A DNA stretch of 61,567 nucleotides, counting the filler, from Bipalium vagum (taxonomy: Eukaryota), in the NCBI GenBank assembly GCA_037834085.1. It is 3 parts of 3 records of this genome, joined end to end, with 100 filler letters (N's around TTAATTAATTAA, not from the genome) between each part and the next. Parts side by side here need not be neighbours in the genome. Positions count along the whole stretch, not along the records: positions 1 to 20,657 come from JBBMKC010248400.1; positions 20,758 to 42,669 come from JBBMKC010229417.1; 1 more part is not named here. The stretch is one strand, 5' to 3'. The notes under the pieces are model-generated. The model was not told the origin of the DNA. It searched no databases and worked only from the letters and a program-made list of their open reading frames with translations. Position numbers and translations under genes: made by a program. This document shows, one piece after another, positions 14,137 through 27,000 of the stretch. How positions within the stretch are numbered: position 1 is the stretch's first letter; every line of letters begins with the position of its first letter.

Positions 14137-15589
14137 CTACGTGAATTTAGCTTTTGTATGCAATTGATTTCAATGAAATTGGATATATGTGAATGAGCCT
14201 CACCTTTGGATGTGAGTTATTACTTATCTTTTTTGTATCTTTATTTTAAGATTCAATGAACTTCTATAATTAAATTTAATATTTTAATTACTTTTAGTAA
14301 TTTTTTCTTTCTTAAGTTGATTTTATAATGTATATTTTTCCATTTTAATAATTTCTATTTTTAGAAAGTTCAGGCTTTGACATTCTTCTATATTTTTATT
14401 AATTCATATTTTTTATCTTAATACTAGTAATGTCAGTAATAAAATCAACAATGATAATGATAATACAATAATGGTTATGGTTCTGATAATATCTTTAGAG
14501 GTTTTTATTTTACATAAAATTAATTAAAAAGGAAATCGAAATTCATATAATCAAACATTGAATTATCAATCAAAGTTCATGTAATCAATCATAGAATTAT
14601 GATTTTTTTTCCAGTTTTTTTGAACTCTCCGTACTACTACTGACAATAATTATTAGGCACATCATGTACATCGTAATCTTCAAAAAGAAAACAAACCAAA
14701 CACTTAAATGTTAAAACCCGAATTTATTATAAGCAACGATGAACATGATTATCTGAACAAGCATTATTTGCGTCAGCAGAATGCCTCACAAGTAAAACAG
14801 ATAAAATAAGCTGATAGGTGTTTGCAGGATTTCTAAGACATTTGTAGGAACGTTGCCGTAAAATATGAGGTGTCTTTTAGCGAACCGTAACAGCTTAAAG
14901 AAAATTTTTTGTTCTTTGATGATTCTATGTAGATGGCCTCAATAAAGATAGAAACTAATTATAAGTGTAAGATGGCACATTATTGTAGCAAAATATATTA
15001 TAAGTTTATGATTACTTTGTGAAATATTAATTCTTATCGTAATTTCTTATACCTTGAAGCTTAGTTTTAGTAATACCCTTTTAAATTTGGAAACATCCAA
15101 CATACGAAGGATAATCATCATCAAAGAACACTCACCATTATTTATGATATTCCTCGTCCTTATATAATTCAAATAACCACTTCATCTTTAAACAGACATG
15201 AACTTTGTGAAATGTTTAATATTCAAGATTTTTGAGTCAGAAACTGGAATCAAAGAAAAACATTCAAATCAGTGATGAAGAAAAGATACCCTTCAAAGAG
15301 TTCTAAAGAGAGACCGGATTATATTTACTTTAACTTTTCGGATGAACCATTGCGAGATATTTGAACAAGATCTTCTTTTATTTGGAATGTCTACAACGAA
15401 TATTTATCAATAAATGTTTTCTTAAGTATTGACAAAAAAATTCTCTTTAACATGGCGTTTTTATCATCACAAAGAAAGTTTATGTGAATTATAAACTTTT
15501 TCAAAAATTTCAATGATTTTCTCTTGAACGTAAAATTATAAATTACAAAAAATGATTGATGGACATTTTAAATTTGTTGCGTAATTATT

Positions 15590-15785
15590 GCATGTCACGT
15601 GAGATCAGCGTTTTTGATAGGTTCGCAAAATTCAATATATGACCGGTTTTTCCGTATTGCCTAACTATACTATTAACCGTTGATCTACAAAGATGCAGAT
15701 CTTTCGCGTCCTTCGTTACCTTTTTACCGTTTCCTTCTATCTTCTCAATAATTAATCAACGAAGACCATTGTTAAAGTGCATTTT
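15590..15785 (-). mobile_element. IS630/Tc1-like HTH fragment
   Basis: LIIEKIEGNGKKVTKDAKDLHLCRSTVNSIVRQYGKTGHI. Confidence 0.55.
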
Positions 15786-16954
15786 ACCCACCGTAATTCA
15801 TTCATAATTTATATTGAAAAATTTATAAATTAACCATCATCAGATTTAAAAGTAAGGAAAAACAAATAAGAAAATAAATAAAATTAGGATCAAAAATTAA
15901 TTTTCTTATGTGACTATTTCAATTTGTAAAATGACTTTTCAATGTAAAAATGCTATAAAATGTAATCCAAGGTTTAAATAAATTGAACACTGAACAGTGG
16001 TTCGTATGTGTATACATAAAAAATAAAGGTACTAAAATGTTATAAAAACATCCTTTACATTTTCTGTTCGAAGAACCGTATTGATTGTGAAAGTCAAAAA
16101 ATACCCTGACGGAGAATGACCTGGCTAAATCATGGCTGTTGAAATCATTACATAATACACTAGAAATGTATTTGATACTCTGTCCCATTGGCGGATTATT
16201 TGTATTTATTAATACGCTTTAATTAAGACTTTGGTAATTTAATTTAATACAAATTTAATTCAATTTATGAATTCGTTACTGCCAAATTGTTTATTTACAT
16301 TTCTGCACAATGTTTACACAAGATTTATCTGAAAATCAGAATAAATTAAAGATTTTTTATTTATTTATTTTCAGCAATGCCAAATTTGAAATGATAATAA
16401 TTATAAAATAAATAAAACTTTGATATTTAAGATAATTAACTTTTGTTTATTAAATAAAATTAATTTTAAAAAATATATTTTAAATAACGAATTAAATTTC
16501 ATTTTTAATATTCAATAATCCTATCACAACAATTGTGTAATTATTAATTATTAATTATTAACTAATATTCTATTATTAATTATCTCGAAATATCACTGTT
16601 TTTTTTTCTTTTTTCAGACAGGTTCCTGGGTTTCCTCATTGATATTTAGCAAAAACAGGAGCATGAAAAATGGAAATTTTTTCAAAATTACTCTTTTAAA
16701 TTAGAGAAAATCAAAATTAAGTGAAAAGAAGTGTATTCCAAGATTTTAAAAGTTCTACCACAATTGAAAAATATCTTCAACGAAATCTTTACGAAATTTT
16801 AATCATTTAAATAAATTCCATTAAAATAATTTGTCAAATAAGAAAAATAAAATAAATATGAATGGTAAGAAACAATGGGAATACACGGTAATTGAACAGA
16901 AACACTGCCATATTAATTAATTATCTAAAATTTAATTTAAAAAATTTTTAAAAA

Positions 16955-17108
16955 TGTTATCTCTTCTTATATAATCTTAATACTATTATTATCTTATTAT
17001 CTTTTTATATCTGATTATCTTATGTATTGATCCCTCTTCTCTGTCTCTCTTTTTTTCTCTTCTCTACTACCATCCTCTCTCAACTAATACTCATTTAGGA
17101 AATATACA
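16955..17108 (-). repeat. Possible short solo LTR
   Basis: TG...CA ends (TGTTAT...ATACA) and a CT-rich core similar in style to the LTR end at 35560-35690. No TSD seen. Confidence 0.3.
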
Positions 17109-17409
17109 AATGAGCGGGGAAGGCAACAAAAGAAAGTAAATCACAAACCAATCTCGATATCAAAAAACAAAAGAATAAAATGGTGCACGATGCCCATTTT
17201 CCTCGATATAAGATCTGTTATATTAAAAATATTTCTTTGTTGAAAAAATCCAAAAAACAACAAATCTTTGAAAATTCAAATAAAGCATGTCCGGAAGGTA
17301 GAGGAACAATTTTGTGTGCACCAGCAAAATGATAAACAGAGTCTTATATTTATTTTTTGTAGTATTATAAAGTTTAAATTTATAATAACAAAAAATTATA
17401 TTTATTCAA

Positions 17410-18375
17410 ATTTTTACACCATGTTTTGAGATGCGGCGGAGAATGTTTGCACCATGCTTCATAAGTCCAATGCCATGCTCTTCGGCAATTTCACTGGCAA
17501 TTTTCTTCCATACTCTCTTGAATCCGGTGAGTCCTTTCGGCAAATATTTTCGTTATAAATATCTATTTTTACAGATGGCCCAAAATTGTTTTATTGAACC
17601 TGCTTGGAGCAAATTCGGTGGGTCTCGATTTTTGAGTACAAATTTGATGTTTTGGCTCGTCAGATAGTTGGTTGATCGTTTATACAAAATATTACTTGGA
17701 TTGTGATATTTGTTGATAAATGATTAAAATCTTTTCTTAATACATTTATTTAAATATATTTTCAGATTTATAGTTCCTTCTGAAATAAAGGCCTCAGAAA
17801 CGCTACCATGTTGATCCGTCGCCTGCCAAACTAAATATTTCTTGAAAAATTTAGTTTTTCTTTTAAATTTTGTGAAATAATTCATATCTGCAGGATCGGA
17901 GCAATGAAAAATGTACGTCCCGAAACATCATCTGGGTCTACTGGTACATAAGTAGACCATAATTAGACAATGCTGTTCCATTTTTCGTAGGACATAATAC
18001 GCTCCAGATTTTGCACAAGTCCTCTGATTCTTAACATATCTTGGAACCACCTTTTTTGTTCTATATTTTATGTGTAGTTTTTTGACTTTTATATCTGACA
18101 AAGTGCCTCTGATTACTTTGAATTTTTAGCCAATTTTCATAGTGAAGCAGAAGGATCCTTTTTGTAAGAATTTTTATGTGATACCTTTACTGAACGACCG
18201 GATAGAGGTTGATATTCCGCAGATCCTGTTGCCTCATATCACCGAATTGCATTATATATTGTTGATTTTTGGATTCCTTCCTTAGGAAAATGATGAAATT
18301 CAGTTAACATTTATTTGCTTGCAATAAACTCTAATAATTATCTATGCACTCATTTCACTTTCTCTTCTTTTCATT
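17410..18375 (-). mobile_element. IS630/Tc1-like transposase pseudogene
   Basis: N-terminal FHHFPKEGIQKSTIYNAIR*YEATGSAEYQPLSGRS and C-terminal DPPNLLQAGSIKQFWAICK (the NPPNxPQxRPIExFW motif). Confidence 0.8.
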
Positions 18376-18639
18376 CTAAATAGTATCTAAAATTAAAAAG
18401 TCAGAATTAATAATAATTAATAAATCATTTAAGAAAAAATCAATCAAATGAATTTTTTACAGTTAATATAGGTTACATATCTTATTCAGTAAATTAACTT
18501 TAAAATCATTCCTCTACTTTCCGGATATGCTTTATTGTAGATGGCAAACATTTTTTTTAAATGTACTTCTTTTTCGATATTTATTCTTGTTTGCAATTAG
18601 ACAGAGCCAATAAAGTCTTAGACCATTCGATGAATTTCA

Positions 18640-18785
18640 TTGTGAAAAGAGGTAATGTTAACACAGAAGAATTCAGAGTAATTATGAGTAATTTCGATAA
18701 TAACGTTGAACGAAAAATGTGTGAATCATTATTAATAAAAGAACGGCAATCAGAGATTAATATTCAAATAAGAGAAAGTAAAAAT
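18640..18785 (+). mobile_element. Penelope-like element GIY-YIG endonuclease C-terminal fragment
   Basis: EEFRVIMSNFDNNVERKMCESLLIKERQSEINIQ matches F.IL......R.I.ESL.I....P.LN.Q. Confidence 0.6.
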
Positions 18786-20584
18786 CAGTGGATTTTCACT
18801 GTGTTCTCTGATATCCTTCATTTTGAAACGAGAATAATATTTTTGTAAAATTATAACCTAAAAATCGTTATTATCGTTTCATAATTACTGAACAGCAATC
18901 AGGGTAATTATAATATTGTTTTTGCCTATTAATGATATTTCTTACAATATTGAAAATCCAAATCCGGTCTGATCCAGTAAAAGTATTTTGTACAAAATGT
19001 GTATGCTTTGTCTTGCAAAGTATGCATTATTGTTCATTAAATTATCAGATCATGGAAGAAAGAGAAGATTGAATAATCTTTTTGTTACTACATAGACTTT
19101 TATGAAGATAATTCTAGGTCGTTTCAAAACCTGTGAGATAAGAATCACACCTAAATAATAATGATTGATCCTAAGAGAATTTTATAAATTTATAATAAAT
19201 AGTAAGTATAAACGATCAATTATTTGTTCAAAAGACTTTGCTGGAGAAAAAAATATCATCGCAAAATTACATCTGATAAAAATAATAATAATAATAATTA
19301 TTATTATTATTATTGATATTGTTATCAGATGTAATTGTGGAATAATTATTTTTAATATTATCATTATTATTATGTAAGTGATTTATTTATCAATCCTTGT
19401 ACGTGACAGAATCTCATAAGGTCATCAATGAAGTTCCGCAAACATTGAGATATTATGTAATGTTATTTTTAAAGATATTCTTTCTCGGACTTTCAGATCT
19501 CTCCTTGATATAATTTCGACCAATGTACAAGATTTATGTAATAAGACTTTTCTTGGACTTTGTCGTATTTATAAACATTAACGAATGATCTTGGAAATTC
19601 CGGTCATTAACACTAACAGGGTCAATGTTTTTGCCATCGGTTCATCTTCAGCTTATCCAAAGTGTACATTATTTTAAAGAGGATAATAAAATATTATACT
19701 CAAAGTGACTTCAAGGGTGTATTCTGAAATCGTTTATCGACCGGAACGTTTCATCATGGCTTATTGTGACCACATTATACTGAGGTGGTTTTTCAAACGA
19801 GATCACCATAAGGTTTGTCAGGTCAGTTTACTTTCAGAAACTTTTTATTTATCTCAATGACAAAAAAGTTACCAAAAATCCTAGAGATTTGTGGTTGACC
19901 TTGGAACCTTGCAAAAAGACTTTCTGATGATTTAAAGAATGGAATGTGTCGTTACGAGAACATTAAATATTTTAATCCGTGGATCTGGCGATATGTTTGA
20001 TAACCTGAAAATTAAATACGAAGCCTGGTACAAAAATGATGTACATAATTAATTTTACTTGACAGTCATAAGGATTCATGGACGAAGGTATATCTGTAAA
20101 CCACATGATTGATGTACATGGTGATGAACTAAAAACACATGTTTTGTTACATTTAAGAAAACTTTTGCTTTTTCTCCCAAGGGATTTTCTATTGAAGAAG
20201 ACTCTTAAGAATGCTTTTAGGTGAGAGTGACCTATAGAAAGATGATCAGAACCCATCTGCCTTCTGAAAAAACCTTGACAAATCCTATAACAAATTTGTC
20301 CACATTATTCCTTTAAAAAATCATTACCCAAGTCTAATTGTATTCCCTTCACAGACTTGACCATGCTAAATAAATGTGTACATAACATTTCCATAAACAG
20401 AAAATTATGTTTACATTTACATTGGCACAGAATATTTTTAAACTGTAAAATATGTCAAACATGTTTAACTCATCTTTATTTATTTATAAAATATTTTGTA
20501 GCCACAAAATCTCAAAAAGGGAAAAGAAACAGAACAAATCTCTTTATTAATATTTTAATTTAAAATAAAATATTTCTTTAGATT

Positions 20585-20585
20585 A

Positions 20586-20657
<72 letters not shown>

Positions 20658-20757
20658 NNNNNNNNNNNNNNNNNNNNNNNNNNNNNNNNNNNNNNNNNNN
20701 NTTAATTAATTAANNNNNNNNNNNNNNNNNNNNNNNNNNNNNNNNNNNNNNNNNNNN
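20585..20757. other. (TTA)n microsatellite running into an assembly gap with TTAATTAATTAA linker
   Basis: The repeat is followed by N-run 20658-20757, with a six-frame-stop linker at 20702-20713. Confidence 0.9.
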
Positions 20758-21050
20758 TTTAAATCTACCAACATATAGTTTTAAATAATAGTATATTATA
20801 ACAAATTTATTGATTTTTATAAGGAATTAAGCTTCAACTTATTCGTACCAAAAATAGAATTTATATGACAAATATCGAATATTTTGGAATCGATGACATT
20901 TAACGAGACTGACAGATAACGTGCATGACATTTAACGAGTAGTTACTGTACAACCAAAGCAAATCCGAAAATTTTATTTTTTTATCTAACATCTTTTGAT
21001 ATTATTGAGTTGATTATCATTATCAATCATTAAATATTTAATAATATTAG

Positions 21051-24000
21051 ATGATCCAATAGACGTTCATCCAATAGTAAAACCAAGTGTAAAGAATTCT
21101 ATTCAACTTAAACCGTCATTTGATGACAACAAAGATATGTATCAATCTATAAATATTTATGAAATAATAGAAACGGAAAAAGATAATTCCGATGAAGATT
21201 TTCAAGATGCTCTGGATGAAGAAAAATTGAAATCTTTAATGTTGTATGAAAATGCAATATGCAATAAAAAAAACGAATTACAAAATGAAATAAAACGAAT
21301 CGCCAACATTAAAGCAGAATTAAGAAATTCAAAGGTGAATTCAGTTTTTATTTTTATTTTTTATTCTAACAGAAATAGTTCTTATTAATTAAATAATGAC
21401 AAGTATATTGAAATATTGAAATAGCGGGCAGTTGTTAAAATGTCTTGATTTCACCAAAAGAAATTTTAACAAAAAAGCATTTCTGACATTATCAGAAAAG
21501 AGTACAAATGAAAATAAAATAATATCATCAATTCATATTGAACAATTTATAACACAACTATAGAATAAAGAAAATGGAGTTCGTTATTATACATTATTCA
21601 AAAATTTAATGATGTTTTAATAAACAATTAATCAATTAAAGAAATCTTGGGTGGGGACGCCGATTTGAATCTGGAGCTGAAATTGAGATTTTTATTCTGT
21701 TGAACGCTGTTGTAAAGGATTCCATTTTCAATCTTTTTAAACTATCTAAAAGGATATCAAACTTTATTTCATAAAATAAGATAAATGACGAAATTTCTTT
21801 GTAATCAATATAGTCGTTCCAATTTATTATTTCCAGTCCATTTTTCACACGTGGTCGAAATATTATAATATTATTACTCAGTCTCTGGAAAAATTCATAT
21901 ATTGAAATTTCCACAAAATCTGTCAATGCTTTGATATTCCAAGTTAATTTTGTCATCACGAATCTTAAAATCAATTTTATTAGTCCGAAATAAGGATTAA
22001 CTTCCTCAATAACGACTTCTATGGTTTTATGTGCAACTGCAACTGTCACCTTTGTACATAACATAATGTAAATGTCAGTTTTCCATATTCATGAATCAAA
22101 ATTCCACAATTACAATTTTATAACCTTATAATTATTCTTTAATTCAAATATACATTCGTTTTAAAAGATAATGTTTACTGACATGAAATAAATTTTTCTT
22201 TACAAAATGATTTGAAAAATATTTTTTATTTAATAAAAAATTGTTAAAGATTAACATTTCTGAGTTCCAATGATTATTGATTATTTGAAAATTAATAATT
22301 CTCTTAAATTGTGACGGAAATATTAATTATTTTTCTTTAAAAAAATATTTTGTTTTCAGAATCAGTTAGATAAACAATATAAACGATTAAAAAATAAAAT
22401 CTCTGACAGATTAGAAGACACTGATGAATCGATTATACTTTCCTCCTTACACCCTGAAAGAAAAAAATCAATAAAGGTTCAAATAATTTTAAAAGAATAT
22501 TTTGAAAAATTTTTTTAAAGAAGCTGAAACCAGTTCCAGGTTCTTCGTTATCATCCGAACAAAGGGAAGAGGTAGCACGTAAGGCCAGTGAAAGAATCAG
22601 GCTTTACAAAGTTAGTCCTATTTTAATGAATAATTAATTATTTTTTGCTAATGTATATATTTTGCAAAATAACCTGATTGATTACCGAGATCATTTGATT
22701 TCAAAATAACAATGACCATTAATCTTCATTGGGTTAATGGAATTTAAAAATATCGATTAAACAAAGTCTGAGTGAAAATCAATTTTACCATTAACCTTAT
22801 TTTGAATTATTCATAATTATTAAACTTAAATTAAGCAAAAAATTTTTAATTCAAAAAAATCATAAAAAATAAATAAAATAAGTTTTTACCTAATAAGATA
22901 ATAATAAACTTAAAAATGTCTTTATTATTTCTTCAACTGAAAAATAAAAACGAGTTTTTATTTATTTGACTAATATTCAAAATAGATCTAAAAGATATTT
23001 TTGTTTAAAATCACTTATTAAATCAAATTTTTATTTTAAAAAGTTATATAAGGCTACAGTACCTGACCATTGAAAGTATTATTTTAAAAACAATGGTATT
23101 TCACTGACCTAATTTGATTGTGATTCCACCTGTTATATTTTTATTGTATTAATGTATAACATTTTTTGAGTGTTTTCATTTTCTGGTATTTAATAATGAA
23201 TTACTTAAAAACCATTTTAAATTGAATTTACGATTAAAAAGCGATATTTTTTGTTTGAGTCTATTTCAATGGCCAGGTAGTGTATATAAAGGTATATTTA
23301 ATATATATTTATATATCTTTGAAGTGCAGGAAATCATTTTTTGATGAAGGGAAATGTATTGATTCCATATTTAAGAGAAAAAATTTAGAAAAGTTGTAAT
23401 AAACTGTCAATATAGTAATAGACCCCTCAATTTCCAAAAGAGAATCATTTACGGTGATGCATTATCAGTCAATGTCACAAAACGAATATATTTTTGAAGG
23501 ACATAAATATTAATTATTGGAAATTTATGGTTATCAAAAGTATACACAACATCAATAATGAGGCAGCAGAGAAAATTTTTTTAAAAAATTGTCATTGAAA
23601 TAATGCTAATCGAAAATTAAAAGATTTGAGGAGCCATCATCGTAAAAATTGATGAAATAAAATTGGCATAAAGAAAATAAAAACAGAGGCCATCAGGTAA
23701 ATGGTTTATAAATAGTTGGTGGAGTTGAGCGCACCAATAAAAGCAAGGTTTCTCTTGTTGAAATAACTGAGCATAGCTCAACCACATTAACGACCAGAAT
23801 AGTTAAATATGTTAAACCTGGATCCATTATTTATTCCGATTTGATGAAAGAATATCAAAAACTTGGCGAACATGAATGTGGACACAAAACTATAAATTAT
23901 ACAAAAAAGTCAAGGATCCAATAACGAATGTTTACACCACTCACATTGTATCAACGTAAATGGTCTCAAATCACAAACTAAACTATGAACAGATCTCAAA

Positions 24001-27000
24001 ATTCCATCAAAGATCATTAATCGAACTTATCCAGAAGAGATTACACAAAAAATGATTTATAGGAAACATTCTTAATTTAGTTGAACGGTACATTGAAGAT
24101 AATAATCGAATAATAACTGAGCATAAATATGTGAAAAATCATAAAATAAAAATTATATTAATATTGTATTTATGAAATTTGAAAAAAAAAGAATTAAATT
24201 CTAAAAAATAAAAGATCTGTTTAAAAATAACAATATAATATAAAAAATTGATTACACAGGGTGCCAATTAAGTACCTTTGCAATTTTATGAGTGAATAGC
24301 AAAAGAACCCCTTAATATAATTAATAATGTTTTATATGAAAACAAAGACAATATTTTCAAATTGTTTTCCTTTACTTTCCTTGCAACGACGTAATTTACC
24401 ATTCACAGACAAGCAAGATTTTTCATAATATGGAAAATTGTTAAATGCATGAACGATTCTTTTTTTCAAATCTTGCAACGAAAGAATTGATTGTGAATAA
24501 GCTATTTGCTTAATATTCACCTACACAAAATAGTCCATGGAGATAAGGTCCTGTGACCCTGGTGGCCAGTCAATAGATCCTCTTCTGCCAATCCACTTTC
24601 CAGGAAAAGTTTTCCAAAGCCAACCATTCTTGAATAACGGGTATTGAGGAAGAGGATGGTAACTGATTAAAACCTGGACAAAAAGAAGTTTTAAAAATCC
24701 AAGAAATTTGTGCCTGTCACATTTTGGAGAAGAAATAGCGTCCAATCAAGCCCTCAGTATAAACACAGACTTAGGCCATGACACCAGTCGAATTGAACGA
24801 TCTCTCCACCGTTAGGTGAGGATTGTTTAAGCATCAATAAACAATGTTTACACAGCCGTCAATATGAAATTAGTCCCATCGCTCCACAGATTAAGGGTAC
24901 AAAGATTTACCTTGTCTGTTAGTTTGAGTGAGAAATTTCTCATGAAGCTCCACTCACTTGTCAAAATTATCAACTGTCAACGACTGAACCAATCTGCAAA
25001 TGTACCATTTAAAATGTAATGTCTTCAACGCTTTTTGGGCTATTTAATTCCGCATTAAATTCAACAATTTTGACTCGCTCTTCATTGATAAGTCTGTGAT
25101 TGCCTGACAATCTATGTATATTCTAAAAAAAATTACATAATTTTAAATTTTACATGTCAACCTGCAAGTGGGAATAGTTCAGCAAAACAAATCTAAATAT
25201 TCAAAGATTTATTACACTAAAGCCACTTAATTCACATTTTATATTTAATAAAAGTTATTCGTTTCACAATATTAAACAATCAATTTAATAACATTTGAAA
25301 AGATTTCTTGAAATTTTAAAATGTTAAATAAAAAATTTGAAAAATAAAAGATAAATTGACTTTGATTATTTTAACATATTGGATTTTAGCTATTTATTTT
25401 TTAAAAAGAACAAATTGAAAGGAATTCCGGAAGAGAAGTCTAAGTCAAAATCATCGAAAAAAAAAGAAATGAAAGTTAATAAAACCGAGCAGCCTGTACC
25501 AACTCTTATTCTTTCACCTCCAGCAGCTCTTTTATTACCACCCCCTCCTCCCCCAATTCCAGTTTTACCTCCACCTGTTCCCAAACTACTTCAATTTAAG
25601 AAAGGTAATTTTTTTACTTATACATGAAAAAATAAAAATAAAATATTTTGCTTAACGGAGTTGTGGTGAGAAATAATATTAGACAATATTATTAGACAAT
25701 ATTATTAGACAATAGAGACCTGTTAATAATATGGATATCGTAATAGTAAAGCTTCTTTGTTAGTCAACTCAGGGAAATAATACACAAGCTCATTTTCAAG
25801 AGATTGAAGGTGTTTTGTGATCTCTTTTTTAAAATGGACATTGGTTTCGCATTTAAATTCTTCTATTATACTGAATAGTTTTTCAAACATTACCATGTTT
25901 CCTGTATCCATTTTACTTCGCCTGCAGTATTGATGATTGTTCTTGATTAAATATTCCTGTTTGGTCTATTCTTTCTTGTTTACAATAATTCTCATATCTG
26001 TGGAAAAAATCGACATCCTTTTTAGAGTGCTCTAGATGTTTCGCTTGTAAATGTATTTAAAGTTTTGATGGCTTCATAGATTCTGAACTTAGAACCACTT
26101 TACATAGAACACACTGAGGTTTTATTGTTCCATTATTAGTCATGGAGGTAAATCCATATTTGATATAATCTGGATCTGGATATAACGTTTTATAGTCATA
26201 GTGATTTATTATAAAATTTTTAATTACTAAATTTACTTTCATGATAATAAGTTTAAAAAATCCTAAAATATTTGAAATATTGCCTTTAAAAAATGATTAA
26301 TAAAACATAATTATGCAATTTTAAATAATTTAAAATTTTTAAAATTTCAAATTAATTTTTGGTGACTCCCAAAAAATGCTTATCGACCCCATTTGGGGTG
26401 GCGACTCACAGGTTGGGAAACCCTGATATAGATTAATAATAATTGATCTTTTGTTGGAATTGAGGTGAAAAAGCCTTTACGATTTCTTCCTTTATTTCAG
26501 CAAGAGATGTGATTGGTGATCATCTATCATATATCAATAGTTTCCATATGTTTTCCATTAGGTTCAAATTTGCAGATCGAGCTGGCCATTCCGTCGCGGG
26601 AACTTTGGTGTAAGTCATCCAATGTTTTACTACCCTTTCAGTGTGTATTCTTGAATTATCCTGTGGAAACCAAAATGTTTTGCCGTAATTAAATTTGCAA
26701 ATTGGCACAACAGTTTGGTATAGTAACTGAATATACTGACCACTTATGAAGTCTCTATATAAAATTCTGAATGACAATAAAATAATTGGTAAAACCATCA
26801 CAATTGTATATCACTTCCCTCCTTTTTTGTTACCTGGGAAGAAAATATTTTGTTTGGGGTAAACAAAAGTTCACCAATCATCTGTCCATCAAGAGAAAAA
26901 GATTTTTCATCTGAAAAGTGTTCGCTCCTGAGGATGGTTTTTGGCCAACCACGTCACGTCTTTCCTATTTCAGGATCTTTGACCTTTTCTAATGGCTTCA

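Noticed and set aside
19165-19377. Poly-Ile ORFs here and at 50031-50486
   Set aside because: They are translations of (AAT/ATT)n microsatellites or LTR sequence.
19600-20225. Exon-like segments with splice-like ends upstream of the 20.7-kb gap
   Set aside because: Every frame has stops and no phase-consistent chain could be built.
20702-20713. Palindromic TTAATTAATTAA inside N-runs (also 42714-42725)
   Set aside because: It is identical and centred in both 100-base gaps, so it is a six-frame-stop contig linker added during assembly.
21636-22064. 142-aa minus-strand intronic ORF containing FYEIKFDILLDSLKRL
   Set aside because: It is on the wrong strand for the host gene and has no coherent domain. 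Likely a decayed repeat or a chance ORF.
25390-25584. Gly-rich minus-strand ORF
   Set aside because: Antisense shadow of the polyproline exon.
25675-25714. Three tandem 13-bp units (AATATTATTAGAC)
   Set aside because: Simple slippage repeat with no spacers. Neither this nor the 44.6-kb array is CRISPR-like.
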